From assembly GCA_905612435.1 (NCBI GenBank), contig CAJQRZ010000003.1, forward strand, positions 1-32,000: a DNA stretch of 32,000 nt, given 5' to 3'. Within the stretch, counting starts at the first letter, position 1, and the number at the start of each line of letters is the position of its first letter. Below, piece by piece: positions 1 to 8,927 of the stretch. The translations under genes and the position numbers were made by a program. The DNA is from an uncultured Candidatus Pelagibacter sp. (lineage in GTDB: Bacteria > Pseudomonadota > Alphaproteobacteria > Pelagibacterales > Pelagibacteraceae). A model generated the notes under the pieces. The model had not been told where the DNA came from. It saw only the letters and a program-made list of their open reading frames with translations, and searched no databases.

Positions 1-562
1 AAAAGCATTTCAAGTTTTTACTAAATTAGGACCAATTGCATTTCTACCAATTTCTGGAAATCAAACCTCTATAGTTTTTTCAAAAAATACCAAAAATATT
101 TTTTTAAATCAAAAAAAATTAGAGGAGTTGGTCAAAAAATATAATCAAGACTATAAAATAAAAAATTTTAGTAAATTTGAAAAGTTTAAATTAAATCTTT
201 CAATAGCTAGAAACTATTATCATAAAGAAGTAATGATCTTTGGAGATGGACTTCATAAAATTCACCCATTAGCTGGGCAGGGTTTTAACATGACCTTACG
301 AGATATAAAAACTTTAAGTAAAATTATAAATAACCGTATAGATTTAGGTTTAGAATTAGATTATTCGATTTATGAAGAATTTGAACAAAATACAAAACAT
401 TTTAATTTATTTTTTGCATCTGGAGTTGATTTTATTTATGAATTTTTTAAGTTTGATAGTAAATTTAAAAATAAATATGTAACCGAATTATTTAAATTTC
501 TTGGAAAAAATAAAACTTTTAAATCTTTTTTTTCTAACTATGCAGATAAAGGGTTAATGTAG
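1..562 (+). CDS. UbiH/UbiF/COQ6-family FAD-dependent ubiquinone-biosynthesis hydroxylase, C-terminal part (5' end upstream of window)
   Basis: The frame of track ORF 128-562 stays open back to position 2 (KAFQVFTKLGPIAFLPISGNQTSIVFS...). FGDGLHKIHPLAGQGFNMTLRDI matches the conserved GDAxHxxxPxxGQGxN segment of this family. Confidence 0.75.
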   Translation, partial: KAFQVFTKLGPIAFLPISGNQTSIVFSKNTKNIFLNQKKLEELVKKYNQDYKIKNFSKFEKFKLNLSIARNYYHKEVMIFGDGLHKIHPLAGQGFNMTLRDIKTLSKIINNRIDLGLELDYSIYEEFEQNTKHFNLFFASGVDFIYEFFKFDSKFKNKYVTELFKFLGKNKTFKSFFSNYADKGLM

Positions 563-567
563 TAATT

Positions 568-1212
568 TTACTGTAGGGTAGAATTACTAAAATTATCAAA
601 AACATAAGTATTTAGAATTTCTTCTAACTTATTTTTTCTTAAATTAAAATTTTTAGCTTCTAGAAGTGCTTGTTTTTCCTCTAGAGAAAATGGTGATGTC
701 ATTGATAAAGCGTTAATTATTTGCTCTAAATTTTGTTTTTTAATTTCTTTCCAATTTAACATATAACCTTTTTTTTCAAATAACCTTTCCATGTTGTTGA
801 ATATTAATTTTAAATTTGAAGAATTAATTTCTTCTTTTTTTAAAATCATATCGTTTTCAAACTCATTAAAACTTATCTCATATTCTCTATAAAGTTTATT
901 ATTTCGTATTTCTTTAATAATTTTAAATCTACTTAACCCACTTAAATCAATTAAGTATCTCCCATCATTACTTTCATTGAAGTTTGTTATTTTACCTATA
1001 CAACCAATTTCATATAGTTCGGGCATAGAATTTATAGGATTTTTTTTGGGTTGTATTATTCCAATCATATTTGAGTCATTCATTGTGTCATTAATCATTT
1101 CTATATACCTTGGTTCAAATATATTTAAAGGAACAGTCGTTTCTGGAAAAATTATAAAATTAGATAAAGGAAATACAGCAATTTTTTTTGGCAGTTCAAT
1201 TTTTTTTTTCAT
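568..1212 (-). CDS. LON N-terminal (substrate-binding) domain protein
   Basis: IAVFPLSNFIIFPETTVPLNIFEPRYIEMI is the typical start of the Lon N-terminal domain. The track start at 1227 is a TTG, and the ATG at 1212 (MKKKIELPKK) looks more plausible. Confidence 0.75.
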   Translation of the reverse strand: MKKKIELPKKIAVFPLSNFIIFPETTVPLNIFEPRYIEMINDTMNDSNMIGIIQPKKNPINSMPELYEIGCIGKITNFNESNDGRYLIDLSGLSRFKIIKEIRNNKLYREYEISFNEFENDMILKKEEINSSNLKLIFNNMERLFEKKGYMLNWKEIKKQNLEQIINALSMTSPFSLEEKQALLEAKNFNLRKNKLEEILNTYVFDNFSNSTLQ

Positions 1213-1380
1213 AAAAAAATATAACAAAATTTTTAAAACCTATCCAGTAAATGTGATTTTATTTTCTCAAAAATCTTATTAATTATGAAACTTGTTTAAT
1301 TTTATCTAATTTAACCAAAAATTATATTTTTATTATTGCGTGCATTAAAAAAAACCTCTATTTATAGTTACTTTTAATAA

Positions 1381-1455
1381 GCGGGTCTAGCTCATCGGTA
1401 GAGCGAATCGTTGCCAACGATTAGGTAGAGGGTTCGATTCCCTTGACCCGCTCCA
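1381..1455 (+). tRNA. tRNA-Gly (anticodon GCC), CCA encoded
   Basis: Folded by hand as a 75-nt cloverleaf. Acceptor GCGGGTC/GACCCGC, D arm GCTC-ATCGGTA-GAGC, anticodon arm AATCG-TTGCCAA-CGATT, T arm GAGGG-TTCGATT-CCCTT, then T-CCA. Confidence 0.95.
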
Positions 1456-1479
1456 TTAAACTGGAGATAAAATTATAGA

Positions 1480-1824
1480 ATGAGCGATCTTTTAGATAAA
1501 AAATGTATTCCTTGCGAAGGTGGAGTAATAGCCTTTGATATAAGTGAAATACATAAATATCAAAAAAAAGTTGATGGTTGGAATATTATTAAAAAAAATA
1601 ATAATATATACTTTTTAGAAAAAAATTTTCAATTTAAAAATTTTTTACAAAGTCAGAATTTCATTAATAAGGTGGGAAAAATATCAGAAAGTGAAAATCA
1701 TCATCCAGATATTTTATTTGGTTGGGGCTATGCAAAAGTTTCAATTACAACTCATGCCATTGAAGGATTATCTGAAAATGATTTCATTTTAGCAGCAAAA
1801 ATAGATCAAATATCTAATGCTTAA
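1480..1824 (+). CDS. phhB: pterin-4-alpha-carbinolamine dehydratase (PCD/DCoH family)
   Basis: 114 aa. ENHHPDILFGWGYAKVSITTHAIEGLSENDFILAAKID carries the HHPD motif and C-terminal pattern of PCD. A GGAG precedes the ATG. The 3' end overlaps convergent purH by 11 nt. Confidence 0.85.
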   Translation: MSDLLDKKCIPCEGGVIAFDISEIHKYQKKVDGWNIIKKNNNIYFLEKNFQFKNFLQSQNFINKVGKISESENHHPDILFGWGYAKVSITTHAIEGLSENDFILAAKIDQISNA

Positions 1825-3349
1825 AATGTCTTGTTTTCGAAAATATTAAAACAGTGTTTGTTTGGTTGGCAAATTTTATTATTTCATTATCTCTTATAGA
1901 TCCTGATGGCTGTATAACAGCTGATACGCCAGACTGTACAAGCTTTTCTATCCCATCTACAAATGGGAAAAAAGCATCTGAAGCAGCAACAATATCTTTT
2001 TCTAAATTTTGGAATTTATGCATTTTGTCAATGGCTATTTGACAACTATCAAGCCTGCTAGGTTGACCAGAACCAATTCCTACCGTAGCTTCCTCGCTAG
2101 CGAGAACGATTGCATTTGATTTAACATATCTACACACATTAAATGCAAAAATTAAATTTTTTAATTGAGATTTATTCGGTTTTTTTTTAGAGACAACCTT
2201 AAAGTCTTTAGGAATAAACTTTTTTACATCTTCAGATTGAGCTAAAATAGATTCATTGACAGAATTAAAACTTATTAAATTATTTATAGTAAAATTTGAT
2301 GCATCAATAATTCTTAGATTTTTTTTCTTTTTTAAAATTTTTAATGCGTCATTATTAAAACCATTTCCAATTATTACCTCTAAAAATTTTTTATTTAACT
2401 CTATTGCTAAATTTTTATTGATTTTGTAATTACAGGAAACAATACCTCCAAAAGCACTAATTGGATCACAAGCTAACGCTAACTGGTAACTTTTTAAGTT
2501 ATTTTTATGTATAGAAACTCCACAAGGATTTGAGTGTTTAACTATAACAGTTCCCAAATTATCCGGTAAAGATTTGGAAATAGTTAAAGCTGAAAATATA
2601 TCATTGTAATTATTATAACTAAGTTGTTTACCATTAATTTGTTTAATATTTAGCCTTAAAGTTTTTGAATAAATTGCACTTTCTTGATGTGGATTTTCAC
2701 CATATCTCAATTTTTTAATTAAATTTCCATAAATAATTTTCTTTTTAGGAAAACTATTTTTATTAATTTTATTAAAGTAATTTGAAATAACAGCATCATA
2801 ATATGCTGTCTCAGAAAAAGCTTCTAAAGACATTTTTTCTCTAAATTGTAAGGAAGTACAACCATTATTATGTTTAATTTCATTAATTAACTCTTCGTAT
2901 TGATTAGGAGATGTAATCACAGTTACGTCATTATAATTTTTTGCAGCCGCCCTAACCATTGTTGGTCCACCAACGTCAATATTTTCTATAATTTTTAAAT
3001 GGTTAGTAGTTTTTTCTAAAGTTTTTTCAAAGGGGTAAAAATTAACAATCACTAAGTCAATTTCTTCAAAATTGTTATTTCGCAAGTCTTTTTTGTGGGA
3101 AGCATTGTTTCTTTTGCTTAAAATACCAGCATGTATTTTGGGGTGTAAAGTTTTTATTCTACCACCAAGTATTTCTGGTGAATTTGTATATTCTGAAACT
3201 TCAAGACATTTAAACTTAAGTTTTTTAATTTCTTTATAAGTGCCACCCGAACTGATTAGTTCAATCTTATATTTGGTTAAAATGCTTAAAAGAGCTTTTA
3301 AATTTTCTTTATCTGAAACAGAAATTAAAGCTTTTTTTATTTTTTTCAT
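1814..3349 (-). CDS. purH: bifunctional AICAR transformylase / IMP cyclohydrolase
   Basis: KALISVSDKENL...GGTYK...IKTLHPKIHAGIL...DVGGPTMVRAAAKN...QPSGSIRD are PurH signatures. The start is probably the ATG at 3349 (MKKIKKALISVSDK), which forms a TAATG overlap with the upstream stop; the track start at 3370 adds 7 aa. Confidence 0.95.
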   Translation of the reverse strand: MKKIKKALISVSDKENLKALLSILTKYKIELISSGGTYKEIKKLKFKCLEVSEYTNSPEILGGRIKTLHPKIHAGILSKRNNASHKKDLRNNNFEEIDLVIVNFYPFEKTLEKTTNHLKIIENIDVGGPTMVRAAAKNYNDVTVITSPNQYEELINEIKHNNGCTSLQFREKMSLEAFSETAYYDAVISNYFNKINKNSFPKKKIIYGNLIKKLRYGENPHQESAIYSKTLRLNIKQINGKQLSYNNYNDIFSALTISKSLPDNLGTVIVKHSNPCGVSIHKNNLKSYQLALACDPISAFGGIVSCNYKINKNLAIELNKKFLEVIIGNGFNNDALKILKKKKNLRIIDASNFTINNLISFNSVNESILAQSEDVKKFIPKDFKVVSKKKPNKSQLKNLIFAFNVCRYVKSNAIVLASEEATVGIGSGQPSRLDSCQIAIDKMHKFQNLEKDIVAASDAFFPFVDGIEKLVQSGVSAVIQPSGSIRDNEIIKFANQTNTVLIFSKTRHFKH

Positions 3350-4980
3350 TATAATTTTATTAATTCCCACTTTATAGTCTGGATTTTATTTTGTGTCATT
3401 CCTGAAATAAATATGTTTTGATTTTCTGTATAAGAATTTTTTTTACCAAAATATAGACCGTTATCAATATTAATATCACCTTTGTCACAAGTAAATTTCC
3501 AACCTTCATGATCAAGCTCTATAAGTATTGATTTATTATTCTGGGTTTTCATTACTTTAATGTTTGGCTCTAAATGAAATCTAATTTCAAAATCTATATT
3601 TTTAAAATTATTTTTTGAGATTATTTTATCGTGGCCAATAAATTTTAATTGTTCAGGATAAAACTCAATTTCTCTATCATGAATAATTCCGTATTCTTTT
3701 ATATAACCATCATGTGCAGCATTTATTTTCCAATAATTTTTTTCAAATACAATATTTTTTTTTGTTATCTTTAAACCCTGTAAAACTTTGGAATTTAAAT
3801 TTGATGTTTTGGTAAATTTACATGAAGATCTATTATCTAATATTAGAGTGCTATGTACAGCGCTTGACTTTGATAGTTCATTTAATTGATGGTTAAAATT
3901 TTGAAAATAACCAGAATTACAAATTAATTTTTTACCATTAGATATAATTTCAAAAGATAGTGCACCAGATTGGTAGTTTGAAGAAAATTTTTTTTCAGGA
4001 CTTGAACCAATATCCATTATAAGTGACATCTTTTTATTATTCAAAATTGCATATCCACCTATTTCATTATTTTGATTTTTAAATTTATATCCTAATCTTT
4101 CTAAATAATAGTCAAATTCAGAATTGTTTGTTTCTTGATTTCCATTGAATAAAATATTTTTTTTGTTTTTTTGCCAAATAAAAGTGTAGGCTTGACCCAA
4201 GTAATATATGATCTCATCAATATATTCTGGTATTTCACTTTGAGATTCCTTAAGCCACTCTCTTATTAAGATAAAGTATTTTAAATAAAAGTTTAATTGT
4301 CTAATATTTCTTGATTTAGGAAAGCCATCATTATCAAAAGAAAATTTTATTATTTTTTTTAATAAATTTAGACCAGAATTTAAATAACCATCTTTGTCTT
4401 GATAGGACAAACCAGTCAAAATAATTGCTGCACATCCTATCATTTTATCATCAACCCACTCAGATTTTTCTATTTCATTAATTAGGTGATTAATTTGTTT
4501 TTGAATAGTATGATTAAATTTTTTCTTATAATTTGAATTTCCATCTTCGTAAGTAAGTTTGGAGTTTGAAAGCCAAGCAATTATTCTTTTTGAAATAATG
4601 TCTATCTCCCAACTTTTAGGATTGTATCTATTATTTGCTTCCATCCAGTTTAAAATTATATTCTGTGTATCTTTTTTTGATGATTTTAAATCCAAACTAA
4701 ATAACCAAAAAAAACTGTGGAGATTTTTATAATCTTTTTCTTTTAAGTTTTTATTATTCCATATTGTATTTAGTGAATAGTTTTCAATTTTAATTTTTTT
4801 TTTATTATATTTTATTAAACAATCTAATAGACTCGTGCTAGGTTTATATTCAAAAGTATAATCTTTAGTTAAAGAAATTTTTTTATTATAAATTTTGGAA
4901 TTTAAATAGAGTATCCGTATTTTTTTTATAAATAGCAAAAAAAAATTATTTACATGATTTAATAGATTTTTAAAAATCAT
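3349..4980 (-). CDS. heparinase II/III-like family protein (function unknown in this context)
   Basis: 543 aa. YQSGALSFEIISNGKKLICNSGY resembles the xxALSFExxxxGxxLIxNxG segment of heparinase II/III-like proteins. From memory, a gene of this family is conserved between rpe and purH in alphaproteobacteria. Confidence 0.55.
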   Translation of the reverse strand: MIFKNLLNHVNNFFLLFIKKIRILYLNSKIYNKKISLTKDYTFEYKPSTSLLDCLIKYNKKKIKIENYSLNTIWNNKNLKEKDYKNLHSFFWLFSLDLKSSKKDTQNIILNWMEANNRYNPKSWEIDIISKRIIAWLSNSKLTYEDGNSNYKKKFNHTIQKQINHLINEIEKSEWVDDKMIGCAAIILTGLSYQDKDGYLNSGLNLLKKIIKFSFDNDGFPKSRNIRQLNFYLKYFILIREWLKESQSEIPEYIDEIIYYLGQAYTFIWQKNKKNILFNGNQETNNSEFDYYLERLGYKFKNQNNEIGGYAILNNKKMSLIMDIGSSPEKKFSSNYQSGALSFEIISNGKKLICNSGYFQNFNHQLNELSKSSAVHSTLILDNRSSCKFTKTSNLNSKVLQGLKITKKNIVFEKNYWKINAAHDGYIKEYGIIHDREIEFYPEQLKFIGHDKIISKNNFKNIDFEIRFHLEPNIKVMKTQNNKSILIELDHEGWKFTCDKGDINIDNGLYFGKKNSYTENQNIFISGMTQNKIQTIKWELIKL

Positions 4981-4983
4981 TAT

Positions 4984-5643
4984 TTAACTTGATTTTAAAA
5001 GATCAATATTTTTTTTTATATTTCCATCGTTATTTTTAAAGATTGTAGTTCCAGACACCAAGATGTTAGCTCCAGCTTCTATAGCTAATTTACTGTTATC
5101 AAAATTAATTCCACCATCTATTTCAATATCAAAATCTAAATTTTTTTGATCTCTTATTTTTTTTAATTCTTTAATTTTATCTAATACTTCGGGCAAAAAT
5201 TTTTGTCCTCCAAATCCAGGATTCACACTCATAATTAAAATCAAATCTATCTCATTTAAAAAATCAGTTATAACATTAATTTTAGTTTTAGGATTTAATG
5301 AAATCCCCACTTTTTTATTTAATTTTTTTATATGATTTATTGAATCTTTTAAATTATCCGTAGCTTCAGGATGAATGGTAATAATATCTGCGCCAGCGTC
5401 AGCATAGTCTTGAATATATTTATGAACAGGTGATATCATTAAATGAACATCAAAGGGCAACTTTGTATATTGTCTTAGAGCTTTAATTACAGGGGGCCCT
5501 ATAGTTAAATTGGGAACAAAATGACCATCCATTACATCTATATGAATCATATCGGCCCCACCTTCTTCTAATTTTTTAATTTCATTTCCTAATTGACTAA
5601 AATTAGCTGATAAAATTGATGGTGAAATTTGTATTTTTTTCAT
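4984..5643 (-). CDS. rpe: ribulose-phosphate 3-epimerase
   Basis: ISPSILSANFSQLGNEIKKLEEGGADMIHIDVMDGHFVPNLTIGPPVIKALR and MSVNPGFGGQKF are canonical Rpe motifs. Confidence 0.95.
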   Translation of the reverse strand: MKKIQISPSILSANFSQLGNEIKKLEEGGADMIHIDVMDGHFVPNLTIGPPVIKALRQYTKLPFDVHLMISPVHKYIQDYADAGADIITIHPEATDNLKDSINHIKKLNKKVGISLNPKTKINVITDFLNEIDLILIMSVNPGFGGQKFLPEVLDKIKELKKIRDQKNLDFDIEIDGGINFDNSKLAIEAGANILVSGTTIFKNNDGNIKKNIDLLKSS

Positions 5644-5686
5644 TGATTACAATATTACTAGTATCAACTTTATTTTTTAATTTGAA

Positions 5687-6034
5687 TTAATTTTTACCAA
5701 ATATTCGATAAATCTCTGAAGCAATTTCACTTTCTAAAGGAAAAGATAACATTCCCATTACAGAATATCCTAATAAATAGGGCATAAGGTAAAATCTGAT
5801 CATATAGAAGAACCAAGCCACATAAAGTGGAACAAGAGGGTCTATGATGAAAGAAGGTGTGATTGGTTTGAATAAACGTATTAAGGGGTTTGTTAATTTT
5901 ACAAATGCTTTCATAAAAAAAAAATCTGAGTTTTCTCTTTGAAAAATATTCATTGCTACCCTTCCAATGAGAGTCCACATAATGACACCTAAAATGTAAT
6001 CGATTATAAGAATAAAAAGGGGAATTTCTGGCAT
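5687..6034 (-). CDS. small integral membrane protein, YggT-like
   Basis: 115 aa and hydrophobic. The W...LTNPLIRLFKPITP pattern resembles the YggT repeat (compare the clear YggT at 18808-19098). Assignment made by eye only. Confidence 0.4.
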   Translation of the reverse strand: MPEIPLFILIIDYILGVIMWTLIGRVAMNIFQRENSDFFFMKAFVKLTNPLIRLFKPITPSFIIDPLVPLYVAWFFYMIRFYLMPYLLGYSVMGMLSFPLESEIASEIYRIFGKN

Positions 6035-6067
6035 AAATAAAAAAGGAATTTTGTTTTCAAACTTAAC

Positions 6068-6093
6068 TAAGGGGCGAAATAAATCGCCCCTTA
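6068..6093 (-). terminator. stem-loop terminator downstream of the symporter gene
   Basis: A perfect 10-bp stem TAAGGGGCGA / TCGCCCCTTA with a 6-nt loop lies 14 nt after the symporter stop. On the minus-strand RNA it is followed by a moderately U-rich tail (GUUAAGUUUG). Confidence 0.6.
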
Positions 6094-6106
6094 ATATAAA
6101 ATTTAA

Positions 6107-7921
6107 TTAGTGTTGTTTTCCTAGAACTGATTTACCACTAGGAATACGAACGTCATCAACCATTGCTTGAGTTTTTGCATCTGGTGCTTCAGTCATTAAA
6201 GTAACAACCACCATAGACACTAAACTAACCAATGATCCAACGATACCAAATGTAAGGTGAGTTATACCCCAGAATCCAGATCCACCATTACGCACCCAAA
6301 CTAAGTACGCAGTACCAGAAGCTAATCCTAGCAGCATTCCTGCAACAGCACCAGGTCCATTCGCTCTTTTCCACCATACACCAAGTACAAGTGGGAAGAA
6401 CAATCCTGACATTGCAAAGTCAAAAGCCCAAATTACTGAACCTAAGATACCTTGGATACCCATTGCGGCAATAGTTGCTCCAGCAAAACCAATTAATACA
6501 AGCAATACCCTTGCAACAATTAATCTTTTTGCAGCTTCTGCTTTTGGATCAATGATCTTGTAATACAAGTCATGAGATAAAGCATTTGCAATTGCTAAAA
6601 CTAAACCATCAGCAGTAGACATGGCAGCTGCCATACCTCCGGCTGCAACCAGACCTGAGATTACATAAGGTAATCCAGCAATTTCTGGAGTAGCTAACAC
6701 AACGGCTTTACCACCCATGAAAAACTCATTTAATTCAAGAGTTCCATTTCCGTTAAAGTCGCTAACAAACATTAAGTTAGCTTGGTTCCAGTTTTGGTAC
6801 CAATCTAATGCCTGAACATCAGCTATTGATTTACCAATAATCCCTGTTGAAAGTGTTGGATCAATCAGTGATAGTTTTGATAATGTAGCTAACATTGGTG
6901 CAGTTGAGTATAAAATGAAGATGAAAAGTAACGACCATGCTACAGATCTTCTAGCTGATTTTACACTTGGAGTAGTAAAGTATCTCATCATAACGTGAGG
7001 CAAAGAAGCTGTTCCTGCCATCATACAAATTGTTAGAGAAATAAATCCCCAAGTTGTTCCGTTAACTGATGAGTGTGCTTTAGTTATTCCAGCTAAACCT
7101 TTTGGTACTGTAGCTAAGTCGGCAGCAGAGTTTTTAACAAAACCAAACTGACCTTCTAATTCAGCAATTCTAGCCACCTCATCTCCCAACATTAAATGTG
7201 GGAAGAATCCAGCACCCATTTTATTACTGATCCAGAATACAGGAAGTAAGTAAGCAATAATTAAAACTATATATTGCGCGACTTGTGTCCATGTAACCGC
7301 TCTCATTCCACCAAGCATAGAACAAAGTAATATACTTGCTAATCCAACGTACACAGCTACTTTAAAAGGAATATCTAATGCTACCGAAGCAATAGTTCCT
7401 GTTGCGTTAATTTGTGCAGTCACATAAGTGAATGAAGCTACTGTTAATACTAATACTGCAGAAAGTCTTGCTGCATTACCACCATATCTTGTACCAACAA
7501 AATCTGGAACTGTGTAACAGCCAAATTTTCTTAAGTAAGGTGCTAATAAAGAAGCCACAAGTACATATCCACCTGTCCATCCAACTAGAAGCGCCATATA
7601 TCCATAGCCTTTGAAGTAAATACCACCCGCCATTGCAACAAATGATGCACCAGACATCCAGTCTGCCGCAGTAGCCATTCCGTTAAATACAGTAGGTACT
7701 TGTCTCCCTGCCACATAATATGCGTCCATTTGAAGTGTACGTGATAACCAACCGATTATCGCATAGATAGCAATTGTGAATATAACAAAAGAAATTCCTA
7801 TTGCTTTTGCTGATACTCCTGCTTGTTCAAGAACTGCCATTAAGATTATGAACACAATGAAACCGCCTGTGTATATTCCATAAACTTTTGGCAGATTATC
7901 TATAAATTTACCTTTAATCAT
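6107..7921 (-). CDS. sodium:solute symporter (SSF) family, large subunit of the DUF4212-associated subfamily; acetate or other small carboxylate is a candidate substrate
   Basis: 604 aa, multi-TM, Gly/Ala-rich SSF-type sequence. It sits immediately downstream of a DUF4212-like small membrane protein (TAATG overlap) and near acs, the arrangement described for this subfamily. Confidence 0.85.
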   Translation of the reverse strand: MIKGKFIDNLPKVYGIYTGGFIVFIILMAVLEQAGVSAKAIGISFVIFTIAIYAIIGWLSRTLQMDAYYVAGRQVPTVFNGMATAADWMSGASFVAMAGGIYFKGYGYMALLVGWTGGYVLVASLLAPYLRKFGCYTVPDFVGTRYGGNAARLSAVLVLTVASFTYVTAQINATGTIASVALDIPFKVAVYVGLASILLCSMLGGMRAVTWTQVAQYIVLIIAYLLPVFWISNKMGAGFFPHLMLGDEVARIAELEGQFGFVKNSAADLATVPKGLAGITKAHSSVNGTTWGFISLTICMMAGTASLPHVMMRYFTTPSVKSARRSVAWSLLFIFILYSTAPMLATLSKLSLIDPTLSTGIIGKSIADVQALDWYQNWNQANLMFVSDFNGNGTLELNEFFMGGKAVVLATPEIAGLPYVISGLVAAGGMAAAMSTADGLVLAIANALSHDLYYKIIDPKAEAAKRLIVARVLLVLIGFAGATIAAMGIQGILGSVIWAFDFAMSGLFFPLVLGVWWKRANGPGAVAGMLLGLASGTAYLVWVRNGGSGFWGITHLTFGIVGSLVSLVSMVVVTLMTEAPDAKTQAMVDDVRIPSGKSVLGKQH

Positions 7922-8184
7922 TAGCTATCCTCTCTTTCAGTATAACCAAACTCTTCATCTATTTTTTCTTGTCTGTTTGCAAACCAAAAAATCAATATTA
8001 CAAATGACAATAATGATCCCTGACATGTCATATAGTATGACAGAGGATATCCAAAAGGCTTGAAACTAGATGCCTGCATTTCGGCTCCGAAAAAAAAGAT
8101 GCCAATTGAGAACACAAACCAGATTGCTAAAGTAATGAATAGCAAACTTCTGGTTTTTTCCCAGTGTTTTTCTTGTTTTGACAT
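7921..8184 (-). CDS. DUF4212-like small membrane subunit of the sodium:solute symporter
   Basis: GYPLSYYMTCQGSLLSFVILIFWFANRQEKIDEEFG resembles the GFPLxFWxAQQGS core of DUF4212. I place the start at ATG 8184 (MSKQEKHWEK), preceded by GGGAG with 6-nt spacing; the track start at 8286 is probably too far upstream. Confidence 0.7.
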   Translation of the reverse strand: MSKQEKHWEKTRSLLFITLAIWFVFSIGIFFFGAEMQASSFKPFGYPLSYYMTCQGSLLSFVILIFWFANRQEKIDEEFGYTEREDS

Positions 8185-8303
8185 TTCTATCTCCCTATAA
8201 GTTAATAACGAAACAATACCTGTAATAGAATAGATTAACACCCTAAAAAATACTCCTAATAGTGTTATTTTTATAATATAAAACAACTAGAGGTAGATAA
8301 ATA

Positions 8304-8927
8304 GTGTTGAAATATAAACTCAAATTTAAAGACATAAAACTTGAAGATTTTAAGGTTTATTTATTTGCTTTATTTAAAGCAATACTACCAAAGAAGAAAA
8401 TAAAAAATATTAAAGATCTTGAATCATTCATTCAAAAAAAATCTGCCTGGGTATCACAAGTAACTTTATATAATTATTTGAAAACAAGAATGGGAACAAA
8501 GTGGGTGTTACACTTTGATGATGAAATTTTTTTATCATCCATTAATAAAGCTAAATGGAATATTTATTCCGTAGCCCTTCAAGATCTTACTTTTTATAGT
8601 CTATCATATTTAAAAGTTTTTTATAATTATCAAGAAATAAACAAGGCCAATGAGATATATGAAAAAATTTTAAATGAAGAGGTTAAAAATGGAATGCCTG
8701 AAGAGGTTATTTTACGTGCAAAAGAAAAGTTTGGAGAAAGATTACAAAAAATAGATTGGGAAACACATTATAAGTCTTGGCCATTTAATGAGAGTGCACT
8801 AACTTTATATGAGTGGGCCCCAATTGCTGAAGAATTAAAAAGTTTAGATAGAAAGATAGTTTTAAATTCTATGATTTTAAAATGGGACAATATTAAAGAT
8901 GAGTTTGCAAAACTAATAAGTATTTAA
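8304..8927 (+). CDS. hypothetical protein (207 aa, soluble, no family recognised)
   Basis: Long ORF with a GTG start 8 nt after GAGG. Its composition matches neighbouring genes. Its stop shares the tetranucleotide TTAA with the convergent acs stop. Confidence 0.5.
   Translation: MLKYKLKFKDIKLEDFKVYLFALFKAILPKKKIKNIKDLESFIQKKSAWVSQVTLYNYLKTRMGTKWVLHFDDEIFLSSINKAKWNIYSVALQDLTFYSLSYLKVFYNYQEINKANEIYEKILNEEVKNGMPEEVILRAKEKFGERLQKIDWETHYKSWPFNESALTLYEWAPIAEELKSLDRKIVLNSMILKWDNIKDEFAKLISI

Noticed and set aside
977-1282. Antisense track ORFs lying inside or opposite well-supported genes: 977-1282, 1854-2042, 5727-5978, 7432-7614, 10131-10391, 12428-12658, 19540-19902, 26576-26764, 27444-27659, 27902-28261, 31284-31478.
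   Set aside because: Each is fully overlapped by a gene with clear family motifs on the other strand or frame. Their translations are low-complexity or shadow-frame-like, with no recognisable motifs.
6107-7921. Higher GC and atypical amino-acid composition of the symporter gene as evidence of horizontal transfer.
   Set aside because: A Gly/Ala/Val-rich, strongly conserved polytopic transporter is expected to resist AT drift. The gene is embedded in its canonical partner context (TAATG-coupled DUF4212, nearby acs) with no mobility genes or flanking repeats. acs and bhmt show the same milder trend.
8236-8267. Inverted hexamers TAACAC-N20-GTGTTA in the divergent region between the DUF4212 gene and the 207-aa ORF, as a possible operator.
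   Set aside because: Only 6 bp per arm in AT-rich DNA, which is within chance expectation for a 120-bp spacer.
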